A stretch of 64,000 nt of DNA, from positions 215,574,001 through 215,638,000 of the forward strand of contig NC_091473.1 of assembly GCF_036971445.1 (NCBI RefSeq). The letters run 5' to 3'. Positions within the stretch are counted from its first letter, which is position 1, and each line of letters begins with the position of its first letter. A model generated the notes under the pieces. It ran no database searches and was not told the DNA's origin. It saw only the letters and a program-made list of their open reading frames with translations. Source of the stretch: Narcine bancroftii. Its lineage: Eukaryota. Shown here piece after piece: positions 1 to 11,178 of this stretch. Both the position numbers and the translations under genes were made by a program.

Positions 1-1185
1 CAAAACCCACTAATCCCTTTTGCAATAGATAACCTTTCCTTTAGAGAATGGGAGAGAAAAGGAATCAAAAGAATAGAAAATTGTTTTTTGAGAAATAATT
101 TATTAACATTTGAACAGTTGAAGTACAAATGTGGAATAACTCAATGTCTGCATATCATCAACTGAAAGCTTATTGAAAGGGTAAACTGGGAAACAGACTG
201 AGATTACTGGAAGGAAGCAGCTTTGAATATATGATTACAGACATAATGATAATTAAAAGATTTATAACAAACATGTACATTAAGCTGCAAGATAAGGAAA
301 AGGATGAAATAAGCTATAAACCTAAACAAAAGTGGGGAAAAGGATTTAAACATAAAGATAAAAAAATGAAACATGGGAAAAATTATGTTCTGGAAGTATG
401 AAGAATATAATAAACACAAGGTTATGCATGATACAGTATAATTTGTTACACAGGTTATATATCACGCCTCAAAAGTTAAAAGAATGGGATCCAACATTAT
501 CAGATAGATGTTTTCACTGTAAGAAGGAAATGGGAACAACAGTACATGCAATTTGGGCATGTAAGAAAGTGAAAATGTTTTGGGAAGATCTAAATCGGAT
601 AATAAATAAAATCACAAAAATAACATACCAAAAAATCCAGAGATCTGGATTTTAATATAAGACGTAAGGAATTAGGCCTCAAATTGGATAAAGCGCAAAA
701 AAGATTTATTATGACAGCCTTAGCAGTAACCAAAAAATGTATAATGTCAACTTGGAAAATGGAAGAGAGCCTGAGAATACAGCAAAGGTACATGGAAATG
801 AATAATGTATTCCTTTGGAAAAAAATAACATTTAAAAAATAAAGTCACATTATTTGAACAAATTTGGGAACCATACATGGAACATAACAGAGAGTGCTTG
901 CCTCGGACCTCCACCCCATAAATGATAAAAAGACAAAACGACTTGATCCAGTAGGTAAAAGTAGATGACACATTTTTCATGTTTATTTTTCATTGTGTGA
1001 TGACATTGTTTAATGGTATATGTTGAATATTTATTGGTTTTGGAGGGGGTGGGAAAGGGGGAGGTAGGGTAGGGGGGGAAAAGGGAGAAAATGCCACTGT
1101 GTATATTTAATGAGAAACGTTTGTTTTTATTTTGATTGACACGGTTCACAGAGTGAAAAATAAAAAATTATAATAAAATAAAAAG
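1..1185 (+). mobile_element. L1-clade LINE, 3' end (decayed ORF2 C-terminus + 3' UTR + A-rich tail)
   Basis: ORF 398..655 contains the L1 ORF2 C-terminal motif YNLLHRLYITP...CFHC...HAIWAC, paralogous to the L1 ORF at 11186..12034. It is followed by a G-rich 3' UTR (~1040-1085) and an AATAAA/A-rich tail (~1158-1185). Confidence 0.85.
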
Positions 1186-2099
1186 TTAAAAAATATGAAC
1201 CTGTTGCTGCACTAACATAACAGAAATTTCATTTTGTTTTGCTATGAGTTTGTCTTGTCCACCATAACTTGCGAATGGTTGTCTTGTGAATGGACCAAAC
1301 AGAACTTGAACTGGTGCCATAGGTGTAGGAGCTTGATTTGTAAGTGATGGCATCCTTGACTTGTTGCTAGTTCTTCTGCAACATGAAGAGACATAAATGG
1401 TTGAGTATGATCAACTCGCTTGGTTTTGTGGTGGCCTGCAATTGCAGAGATCGGGCCAGCACATTGCGCGGTGGGCAGACGTGGACAGAGATCGCTAAAG
1501 CGACTCCCAGGATAACCGAAGGGCCTACTCCAGCTCCTATTGTCTATTGTCTAAACCAGCAGGGGTCGAAGCTGGGGGAGCATCAGACTAACAGCCATAA
1601 TATGGAGTTGGTCAAGCTGCCCAGTTAACTCAGCAGAAACAGGCTTTGTACGAAGGGCCTTCATATGCATGGATGTTCCCACCTGCTATTGTTATTCATA
1701 TGGATGAACTCAGTCAATCAGCAAAAGTGGCCTTTCCATCCCGAATAATGGAGTGAGCTTAACCTACCACACAGTGTGTGTCTTTCTTTAGGCACTTTCA
1801 AATGGCCACAATACCCGACTGGAAAGCCGCACATTGTGCTCCTGTGGCCATCTGAAACAGGAGTATCCGGCCAGGAGGTCTACTCACCCAACTCTTCTGT
1901 AGTAGGTCTAAAATCTTGCTTGGAGTATCCACCGTGGCAGCTGAAAGAAGCTGGGCTGCCAGAGGGTGGGCTGATGATGTCGCGGTGATGTCATCAGCCA
2001 TCAACTCTGTCCTGTATACTGCAGTGATATCGTACTTTATAATATCAGATTAATCAATTTGAAATTGTTATTTGGAAGTAAAGACACCAAGGTGAGGAA

Positions 2100-2356
2100 G
2101 CTCAGCTGTTCGAACGGTGTCCTTTGCGTGGCGGGGGCGGGAATGCATGATCAACTGCGGGCTTGAGCCCTTCATCAAGGTATCAATTCCAGGCCTTGCA
2201 GTTTGGCCCCTGTAGGGATTTCAGGTACTACACAGCACTGACTGCTGCTCTCTCCACTTCTCCCTCAAGCATGCCTTGATGAAGGGCTCAAGCCCGAAAT
2301 GTCGGTTGTGTATTTTTGCCCTTTGCTACATGGAGGACACTCTTGACCTGCTGAGT
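2100..2356. repeat. Inverted pair of Penelope-like terminal-repeat fragments
   Basis: gggcttgagcccttcatcaagg (~2159-2180) is the exact reverse complement of ccttgatgaagggctcaagccc (2274-2295). Weaker complementarity extends outward (ctcagc...gtgtcct vs aggacac...gctgag). Confidence 0.6.
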
Positions 2357-3416
2357 GAACTGGTAACCATTCACCAAAACAAACTTGCCTGGACTATCCA
2401 TCTCAATGGCAGGAGGTGGAGTTAAACTGAGCAAAGTTGACTTCTAATTGGTTTAGCTAGTGTATCTCCATCTATCATAGATAGCCCTGTAGGATTGGAC
2501 ATATACCCCCCCCCCCACCAACAGACACCCTCAACAGGCACCCCCCCCAACGTCTCAAAGGTTGCCATGGATATTGTCTATGCGTGGACGTATGTAAACC
2601 CCACTTCATGGGGCAAGCAAACACACTGTACAGTTGCACTGGTTGCAGTAAGAGTGAGTGTCTCATCAGCTCCGGGGAAAGGGGCCAAGGAATCCTGCAG
2701 AGGGCAAATAAGAGCCACTGATACTGGAACAGCTTCCAGCCCAAAGTCACATAAATCAGAAGTCAGAAGGAAAGGAATCTCATACAAAGCATGTCGCAAC
2801 AACAGAACTGTGCCTTGGTCTTAAACTGTGGAGAACTCAAAGTGGTAACCAAGTGACCTCTTTTCAACTGTTTAGTGACAACTTTGTATCTTTCTAGATT
2901 GATGTGAATGCATGGAGTAACTTGGGGAGGAGGGTGTGGAGAATGGCTGGTGCATTCAGCCCGCTGCTTCCTTGATGTATGTGCACACCTTTCGTCCGAC
3001 ATGACTGGTTGAAAGTCCGGCCGTGGAGACACTCGTCGTAGCCAGTGGGGACATTCCCCCCATGGTTGCCAGTCCCATCCCAGGTTTGTCACCACGGCAT
3101 TTGTGCTACCCTTATCTCCACTGCAGTGCCGTCAGTCCAACCTAACCTTGCACCACTTTCCCTTCTGTCCTCCATGCTCCTGATTCTGTTGTGTTCCACA
3201 TCAGCCTGATGCGCTGCAATGATGTCAAGGCAGTGTGGGTGGGACTAGACCACTGTCCCGAGGAGCCGGCTTTCATGGGTAGATGTGACCAAGTCCCTCA
3301 GCTGGTACGTTCAAGTGCCAAAAAGGCATCCACTCTGTGGCCACCAAAACGTGCCAGCTGAACTCCCCTAGCCGCAACTGCCGACGCATGATCTTCGTGG
3401 GAAACCCTAAAAGCAG

Positions 3417-3444
3417 GTGTGTGTGTGTGTGTGTGTGTGTGTGT
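3417..3444. repeat. (GT)14 microsatellite
   Basis: Read directly from the sequence. Confidence 0.95.
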
Positions 3445-3559
3445 TTCTTCGTAGTGGTCAGCTACAGTTTAACCTTTTTGAAATGTTCTCCTTTCGGGAA
3501 CATTCAAATATTGTGCGCTCGGAAAAGATTGAATGTCACGAGCTCTTTCCACTTAGTTG

Positions 3560-4620
3560 GTCATTGACATTCGAGTACTATCAGCGCCACCCGTGGTTCC
3601 TTGCTCGAGTATACTTGTTTCTTGTGGCTGCAGTACCCAATGCTATGCAGGAATGTTAGGTGCTAGCTCTTTGGGTGTTTCACTTTGAGTGATAGATCTT
3701 GCAGAAGCCTGAGCTAATGCTTTGACTTTGGCCAAATTCATAGCATATTGTTCCTCAAGATGTAGTCTTTTCTTTTCTCTCTTCAATAATCTTTTTTGTT
3801 CTTCTTGCTGATTCTTCATTTCAGCTTCCATATCTTCTAAAGCACATCTTTTCTCCAACCACTCGCGTTGTGTACAGATAGTAGCCAAGTCTGCTTGCGC
3901 CTTAGCAGGCATAGCTGACATGCTTGAAGCATATAAAGCTGTACTTCTTCTAGATGCCTTTGAAGACTTTGAAGATCTTCCTACGCTCATAACCTTGGAA
4001 ATACTATCAGATATCACTGATTGAGCCTCTGTCTTCAGCATTTTGCTTGGTACAGCACCAGTAGGGCTTTGCAACATTGATTCACCAGTTTCAGTGCCAC
4101 TAACTTTTAAGTCAGCTCATGAGGCATGAAGTGCCTTCTTGCTTGGTAGTTGAAGCAGCTTCTTCAATAGTGGCTGGTTCCAATCTCCTGCCAATCGTTG
4201 TTGGTTTGCCTTGCTGGCTCAACTCACAACCAAACGGTTCTGAGAGGAGCTGTTTGCTTGAGGTCTTTAGACCGATGAGACCGCTTCTCAATCTTGGATT
4301 CTTCACACTGCAGCCTGTCTTCTCCTGGTTCCTGAGAATTGTAAACAAATTTGTATCTCACGTGGTCCCTTTGAGAAGATTTCGCTGGCTGAATTGTCTC
4401 TGTGTTCTGCACACAAACTTTTGTTTCAGTTCTTTTTAGAACACATACTTCTGGTCTACCTGCCACATTCTGTGGTCCATCAGCTATTATCTCTTCAAGG
4501 TTACAGGTGTCTGCAGTCAGACAGATATGTTCTAAACGAGGCTTCGGGAATATTCTCACAAACTTCTCATTAAAGCTTAAATTCTTCTTGCATACAAATT
4601 TTATGCGCCTTTCTTCCAAT
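3560..4620 (-). mobile_element. Probable BEL/Pao LTR-retrotransposon fragment (gag N-terminal region)
   Basis: ORF 3643..4077 has a Ser-rich stretch followed by a charged coiled-coil (SVGRSSKSSKASRRS...AKAQADLA...EEQKRLLKREKKRLHLEEQYAMNLAKVKAL), resembling fish BEL/Pao gag N-termini. Boundaries are approximate. Confidence 0.45.
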
Positions 4621-5052
4621 CAAAGTTCACATACATAACTTTTCTTTGAATAAAATATAGACGATACTTCCCAATTTCTAATATTTCCCACTTTCAAAAC
4701 TTGTCATCTTCAAGAAAATGTGAGCGATGATATTCCAAATTACTCTTTTATTAATCCAATAAATCAAACTTTGTAGATGAAGCTTTAAGTTGTTGATAAA
4801 ATGAATAAATATTTTGCATAACTTTACATTGAGATTTTCATAACAACGAGTAAACAAGGCATATATTGTAATAATGATATGGCAAAATTCAACTTTAAAC
4901 ATTAAAAGAAGAAATAGACAAAATAGATGAATTAAGATTTAATTCAAGGACAAGTATCTTGAGCTTATGTGTCTGTCGGGATTCTTCAAAGAATGAAATA
5001 TGAGTTCTCTGTCCCCCTGAATATTATGACATATGACATCATTAGCCACTAT

Positions 5053-6630
5053 TTTTTTTCTCTTTGGCTTGGCTTCGCGGACGAAGATTTATGGAGGGGG
5101 TAAAAAGTCCACGTCAGCTGCAGGCTCGTTTGTGGCTGACAAGTCCGATGCGGGACAGGCAGACACGGTTGCAGCGGTTGCAGGGGAAAATTGGTTGGTT
5201 GGGGTTGGGTGTTGGGTTTTTCCTCCTTTGCCTTTTGTCAGTGAGGTGGGCTCTGCGGTCTTCTTCAAAGGAGGTTGCTGCCCGCCAAACTGTGAGGCGC
5301 CAAGATGCACGGTTTGAGGCGTTATCAGCCCACTGGCGGTGGTCAATGTGGCAGGCACCAAGAGATTTCTTTAGGCAGTCCTTGTACCTTTTCTTTGGTG
5401 CACCTCTGTCACGGTGGCCAGTGGAGAGCTCGCCATATAACACGATCTTGGGATGGCGATGGTCCTCCATTCTGGAGACATGACCCATCCAGCGCAGCTG
5501 GATCTTCAGCAGCGTGGACTCGATGCTGTCGACCTCTGCCATCTCGAGTACTTCGACGTTAGGGATGAAAGCGCTCCAATGGATGTTGAGGATGGAGCGG
5601 AGACAACGCTGGTGGAAGTGTTCTAAGAGCCGTAGGTGGTGCCGGTAGAGGACCCATGATTCGGAGCCGAACAGGAGTGTGGGTATGACAACGGCTCTGT
5701 ATACGCTTATCTTTGTGAGGTTTTTCAGTTGGTTGTTTTTCCAGACTCTTTTGTGTAGTCTTCCAAAGGCGCTATTTGCCTTGGCGAGTCTGTTGTCTCT
5801 CTCATTGTCGATCCTTGCATCTGATGAAATGGTGCAGCCGAGATAGGTAAACTGGTTGACCGTTTTGAGTTTTGTGTGCCCGATGGAGATGTCAGCCTTG
5901 TCTAGCATGGTTCTGATGTTCCAGCATGCTAGCTTGAGTTTGTGAGCATCTTTTGAGGGGGAGGACGTGGAGGGGGAGGACGTGGAGGGGGAGGACGTGG
6001 AGGGGGAGGACGTGGAGGGGGAGGACGTGGACTTGTCCTCGGGCCTGCGCAAAGGAGCTTTTAGGTGGAGTGCAGTGCGCGCAGTACTGGCCCCACCCTT
6101 TACACCCATGGTTCGTGTGCCGTGGCCGAGCAAGCTGGGACGTGGCAGCGAGGTCCTTGGGTCGTAGGTTTTATATCGGAGTGGCCTTCTCCTATGCAGG
6201 TTTCTTACCCGGGCTGGAGGGGCCTGCCTCCCCTCCTAGGTCGGTCCATACTGCCCGGACCGGGGCCGAGGCCGCCGCAGCTCACGCTGTGCCTGGACTG
6301 GGGCCGCCACCTCCCACTCTCTGCCCGGATCGGGGCCTCCGCCTGCCCCACTCGACCGAGGCCGGGGCCGCTGTTTCCCCCTTGCTCCTGCCCGGATCGG
6401 GCAGGAGCGGCCCCGGCCTCGGTCCGGGCGAAGGGTAGACGGCGGCGGCCCCGATACGGGCAGGAGCAAGGGGGAGACGGCGGCCCCGGCCTCGGTCCAG
6501 TGAGGCAGGTGGAGGCCCCGATACGGGCAGAGAGTTGGAGGCGGCGGCCCCAGTCCGGGCACAGGGAGAGCAGCAGTGGCCCCGGCCCCGGCGAAGGGTA
6601 GGCGGCGGCGGCGGCCCCGATCCGGGCAGG
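5053..6630 (-). mobile_element. RTE-clade LINE, internally deleted copy with both ends and TSD
   Basis: Near-identical to the RTE at 46907-50462. 12-bp TSD attagccactat at 5041-5052 and 6631-6642. ORF 5114..6133 joins ...MLDKAD directly to ISIGHTK..., so the endonuclease and RT are missing. Confidence 0.93.
5955..6031. repeat. 15-bp minisatellite (gagggggaggacgtg)x5 inside RTE, encoding (STSSP)n
   Basis: Five units here versus three in the sister copy at ~47158-47203. Confidence 0.9.
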
Positions 6631-8079
6631 ATTAGCCACTATAGTAATACTACAAACAATAATATCTTCAAGGGATAGGCACAAAATTAACTACAAATCA
6701 AAAACACAAGGTTTCAACCTTTGCACTTAGTTCCCAAAAATGATCCAGTGTTTGCTGATCTGCTTACCCACAAAACTACTGATAGGCTGGTGGTTTTCTC
6801 ACTGGAATATTGGAGGCTGAAAGGGGAATAGGTTTGTCAAATCACAAGGAGCTGGAAAAGGTAAATAGTCACAGTCGTCTCACTGGGGGAGGGAAGTCTA
6901 AAACTTGAGGACATCATTTTCAGGAAGAGGAGAAAGAGTTTAAAGTTACCTGAAGGACAAATTTCTTGCTGTGTATTTGGAACATGTTGCCTGTGGAAGT
7001 GGTAGATGTGTGTACCATTCTACAATTTAAAAGATACCATGGATGTCGGTATATATTTAAATCTTATAAATGTCACAGCAAAACATTTTATAAAATAAAA
7101 TCTGAACTATTAAGCTCCTACAGTCCTACCACTAAATATTTTCCTACTGAAAATGATGTTTCAGAAATTGAATTTATAGTGATGGTGTAGCGGGCCGAGT
7201 GACCGCGCGAGTAAACAGGCTGAATTGGTGGTCCAAGATGGCAGGGAACCCCCTTCATTACTGAGAAGAAGCCTGCACCTAGCTCCACATGTGGGATAAG
7301 GAGTGGGGAAGTGTGTAAAATACAGCAGAGGACTAGCAGCTCCAATGCTCAGAGGGAAAGATGTTCAGAGCTGGCACTTCTAAAGAGGAGCAGAGGCCAG
7401 TGGCCTGGCGAGGTCCTTCTTTGTTCCATATCCTGGGTTCATAGATGGTTGAATTATGAGGGGGGGGGGGGGGAAGGAAGTCTGGTTGCTCAGTGACAAA
7501 TGTTGTTTGTTGGTTGCTGTGAAAAATGGAAGGGAGTTGTCAAAGTGTCGTAGGCACACAATGGTGGCGGGGGGAGAGAGAGAAAGAGAGAAAGAGAGAG
7601 GGATATATAGGGACAAGGCTAAAAGCAAACAGAATGGGAAAATGTATAATTGGGAAGGGAAAATGTGATATGGCAGGAAGTCGGGAGAGTAAACTGGTAA
7701 AAGATGTTCATAGGAGAAAGCACAGAAGCTACATGGAGAAGGTTTCAGGACCACTTGCCCAGGGTTCTGGATAGATTTGTGGCACTGAGACAGGGAAAAG
7801 ATGGTAGAAAAAAGGACCTGTGCTTGACAACACTGGCAAAGCAACTCGGTAAGAGGAAGAAGGAAACCTATATGGGTGTAACCTGCTTTATGAAACTAGA
7901 GCAATCTTATGAATCTTTCATTAACCAAAATGGCATAAAACAAAGACCCATTCCACTACCATTGATGGCTATTTTTGCAAAAGCCCATTCAAAATCCATT
8001 CGTCCTTTCATAAAAGTGAACACAGGTTTCTTCATACAAGTGAATTTTCGTTAAGCAGGTATTTGTAAAAGGGGGTATT

Positions 8080-8760
8080 GTGAGTGGTGCAGTGAATAAA
8101 GCACAACAGAAGTTGTCTGTGAGCCGAACCAACAGAACTGTTTAATGGAATTTTGGCAGGAGTCTAAATAATTACCATTGGCGTGCTATTACAATCACAC
8201 ATCGCCCAGAGTTCTTTGTGCCCCCCAGCCACTGGATATTCCTGATCCTGCGGGGACCCGCAACTACGAATTCCAGTTTGATAATGTAATAGTGTGGTTT
8301 GCCACATAATCCTCCCCCCGCCCCATTGTTTGGAGGTGACACCATAGTCTCACCTGTATGGTTAGAATCAATTGGCGAACGCCCCTTGCACCAGCGGCAT
8401 GTCACCTGTACTGGCTGATGTAGGTCCACATGTGCCGGCTTAAGGTGATCTCCCAAAACAATTTATTGCCTGCGCCAATGTCTATTACAAACGTTGAGTC
8501 TTCATTCTGTTTCACCTGGAATGGACCTTCATATGGACGTTACAACAGTGACCTGTGTACATCCTGGCACAAGAATACAGAAAGGCAGTCCTTGAGTTCA
8601 GGTGGAATGTATGAAGTCATAAACCCATGCTGGGTGGCTGGGACAGGCACCAATGTACCGACCTTCTCCCTTCAGTGTGTGAGTTCTGGTGGGATATTCC
8701 TGCTGCTCCTGTGCAGCTGGAATGAAATCCACTGGGACCATTAGGAGGGGGTTCCCTAAA
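8080..8760 (-). mobile_element. Gypsy LTR-retrotransposon 3' fragment (integrase C-terminus, PPT, LTR remnant)
   Basis: The minus strand encodes RPYEGPFQV (GPY/F motif) and DHLKPAHVD. A purine run (ggggcggggggagg) at ~8311-8324 precedes an LTR-like segment. Confidence 0.6.
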
Positions 8761-8769
8761 CCAATTCTG

Positions 8770-9420
8770 CAGAGGGCCTAGCTAGATCTTCCCTTCTCTG
8801 CATTCTATAGGGATTGCTCCCTCCGTGACTCCATCCTCCACTTACTCCTCCCTACCAATCGCCCCCTCGTCATCTTCCCCTGTGGCTGCAGGAGATGCCA
8901 CAGGTGTCCACACCTCCTCCCTCACCACAGTTTGGAGCCTAAAGTGGGCCTTACAATTAAAACAACACTACTTCTGTATTCGCAGGAGAGATTTACTCCA
9001 TTCGATGCTCTCTTTGTGGCCTTCTCTACAGGGAGACTGCTTCGCTGACAACCTTTGCTCTGTCTGCATCAATGACAGGGACCGCCCTGTGGCCAACCAT
9101 TTCAGTTCTGCAAGTTCCCATATTTGCATGTCTGTCCATGGTCTCATGTATTATCCCATCATATTAACTGTAAATTGGAGGAACAACACCTCATTTTCCA
9201 CCTGGCCACTCTCCATGCGGATAGCATTAACATCGACTTTCTGGTTCTGCAAGGCTTCTGCTAACCTACTCTCCTCTCTCTCTCCCTCCCCTTCCCTCTG
9301 TCTTCCTTCCCTTAGCTCTCCACCTCCTTTCCTCTCTATTCACCTGGGCAGTCCTCCAGCCCTGCTTGCTGCTGTGCCCTCTCTGCCTTCTCCACCAATT
9401 TTCCTGCCTTTGGGACCATG
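8770..9420 (+). mobile_element. Penelope-like element remnant (GIY-YIG endonuclease 3' end)
   Basis: PVANHF...H motif and, in another frame, KLEEQHLIFHLATLHADSINIDF (~9172-9240), typical of vertebrate PLE C-termini. A pyrimidine-rich tail follows. Confidence 0.7.
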
Positions 9421-10127
9421 AGGAGTAGAGGTCAGTGGACTGGTATGGACCTTCCTTGTTTTCACTTCCTGGGTTTGTAGATGGCTGAATTGTGAGGGTG
9501 GTTGCTCAGTGACAGATGTTAATTATTGACTGCTGACACCGTGCTGCTTTGAAAGATGGAAGTTGTCAAGTGTCGCAGGTGGAAGAGAGAGAGACCGAGA
9601 GGGGGAGGACATTTGGATGAGGTCTATTTTCAACCAGGAAAGAAGAAATGGAATCATGTCCAAAAAGGAGGTGTGTTATGAAGTGGAAAGCAGACTGTAT
9701 GGAAGAGGAGAAAGAAAGAGGGAACACAAGGAAGTGGGTTGAATGAAGGAGAGTGTGTGCAGGGTGGGTCCACAGTACAGTATGTGAACACGTGACTGTA
9801 TTGTTGCTGTTCTCTGTGTGGTGTTGTTCAGCTAGGGATACACCGACATAATTTTGAATTTACTGGATGTCATTCAGAAGCCAGCTTGATGATCTGGACA
9901 TGCAAGTTGAAATCAAACTTGCTGGGAGGTCAAAAGTAATTTCATTAAATGTGTGGAATGAACTGCCTGCGTCAGTGGTTTTGACTTTGAGAAATAGGTT
10001 GGATTTTAAATCTGACACTGACATGCTTTGGTGAAGATTACCTGCTGACTATACCTGGTCTGGTCTGTACATGACTCCAGGCTGTGAAATGGCCCAGTGA
10101 GTCACCCAGTTCAAGAGCAGTTCGGGA

Positions 10128-10312
10128 TGCGATTGGACTGACAATAACCACAACAGCAGTGTGAGTATAAGACAGCTTTAATAAACTAATATGTACACTA
10201 AGAGGTCTTGTCTCTGCAAGACAAACCTGGAAGGCGAGAATGTAGCTCTGGACTGCTTTATATACAAAGGATGACCCCTTGTGACCTAGTGGTGCAATTA
10301 CATATCACCACA
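10128..10312 (-). mobile_element. Short solo LTR (185 bp)
   Basis: TG...CA ends with a 4-bp TSD ggga (10124-10127, 10313-10316). TATA-like and ATTAAA motifs lie on the minus strand. It is absent from the paralogous site at ~31550. Confidence 0.75.
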
Positions 10313-10644
10313 GGGAGCAAATACTGGACTTCTCCACATCTCATGAATTAAAAAAAACTTTATTTATTCATTCAAAAAACAAATAATATATGACATATAC
10401 AACAATTAACCATAAACATGAACGTTATTTTTTATATATATATAAAAAAAGAAAAAATAAAAAATATTAAAGAAAAATTAAATATACATAAAGATCCAAT
10501 CAACGTAAATTGAAATGTAAAAATTCTGAATATAACAACCACTTATTAATTAAAAATTATAATTATCACGCGAAACATACGTAATTTTTTCCATCATTAA
10601 ACAATATTTCATCTCATTATGCCATCTATTAATATCAACCATAT

Positions 10645-11178
10645 TAGTTCTGGTCTCCAAACTTGAGGAAGGACATACTAGGTATAGAGGGTGTGCAGCG
10701 CAGATTTACAAGGTTAGTTCCAGGGATGGCAGGGTTGTCATATGCAGCAAGGCTAGAAAAACTGGACTTGTATCCATTGGAGTTTAGAAGGATGAGGGGG
10801 GACATGATTGAGGTATACAAAATCATCAGGGGGATAGACAAGGTGAAGTCTGATTACTTGTTCCCAATGATGGGGGAGACGAGGACTAGAGGGCATAGTT
10901 TAAGAATACAGGGTAGGCCCTTTAGGACGGAGATGAGAAAGCATTTTTTTACCCAGAGAAGTGTGAATCTGTGGAATGCTCTGCCACAGAGGGTGGTAGA
11001 GGCGGATTCGCTGACTATGTTCAAAAGAGAGTTAGATAAGACTCTTGTGGGTAACGGAGTTAAGGGTTATGGGGATAAGGCTGGAAAGGGGTACTGATGG
11101 TAATGATCAGCCATGATCTAAAATGGCGGTGCTGGCCTGACAGGCCAAATGGCCTACTCCAGCTCCTATTGTCTATTG
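10645..11178 (+). mobile_element. CR1 LINE 3' fragment nested in L1
   Basis: ORF 10663..11097 (VQRRFTRLVPG...RMRGDMIEVYKI...TRGHSL...FFTQR...WNALP) is the CR1 ORF2 C-terminus, with a ctattgtctattgt tail. Confidence 0.9.

Noticed and set aside
2830-3400. Possible old LINE fragment
   Set aside because: Too degraded to assign by eye.
5955-6031. CRISPR-like array
   Set aside because: Perfect 15-bp tandem units with no spacers, inside a eukaryotic LINE.
5953-6684. Overlapping Pro/Gly/Arg-rich ORFs
   Set aside because: By-products of the stop-poor, GC-rich palindromic RTE leader.
9122-9129. Octamer ATTTGCAT as an Ig promoter (also 38208-38215)
   Set aside because: Both lie inside TE remnants with no leader or V exon nearby.
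8825-9421. 198-aa ORF as a host gene
   Set aside because: A frameshifted Penelope GIY-YIG remnant running into low-complexity sequence.
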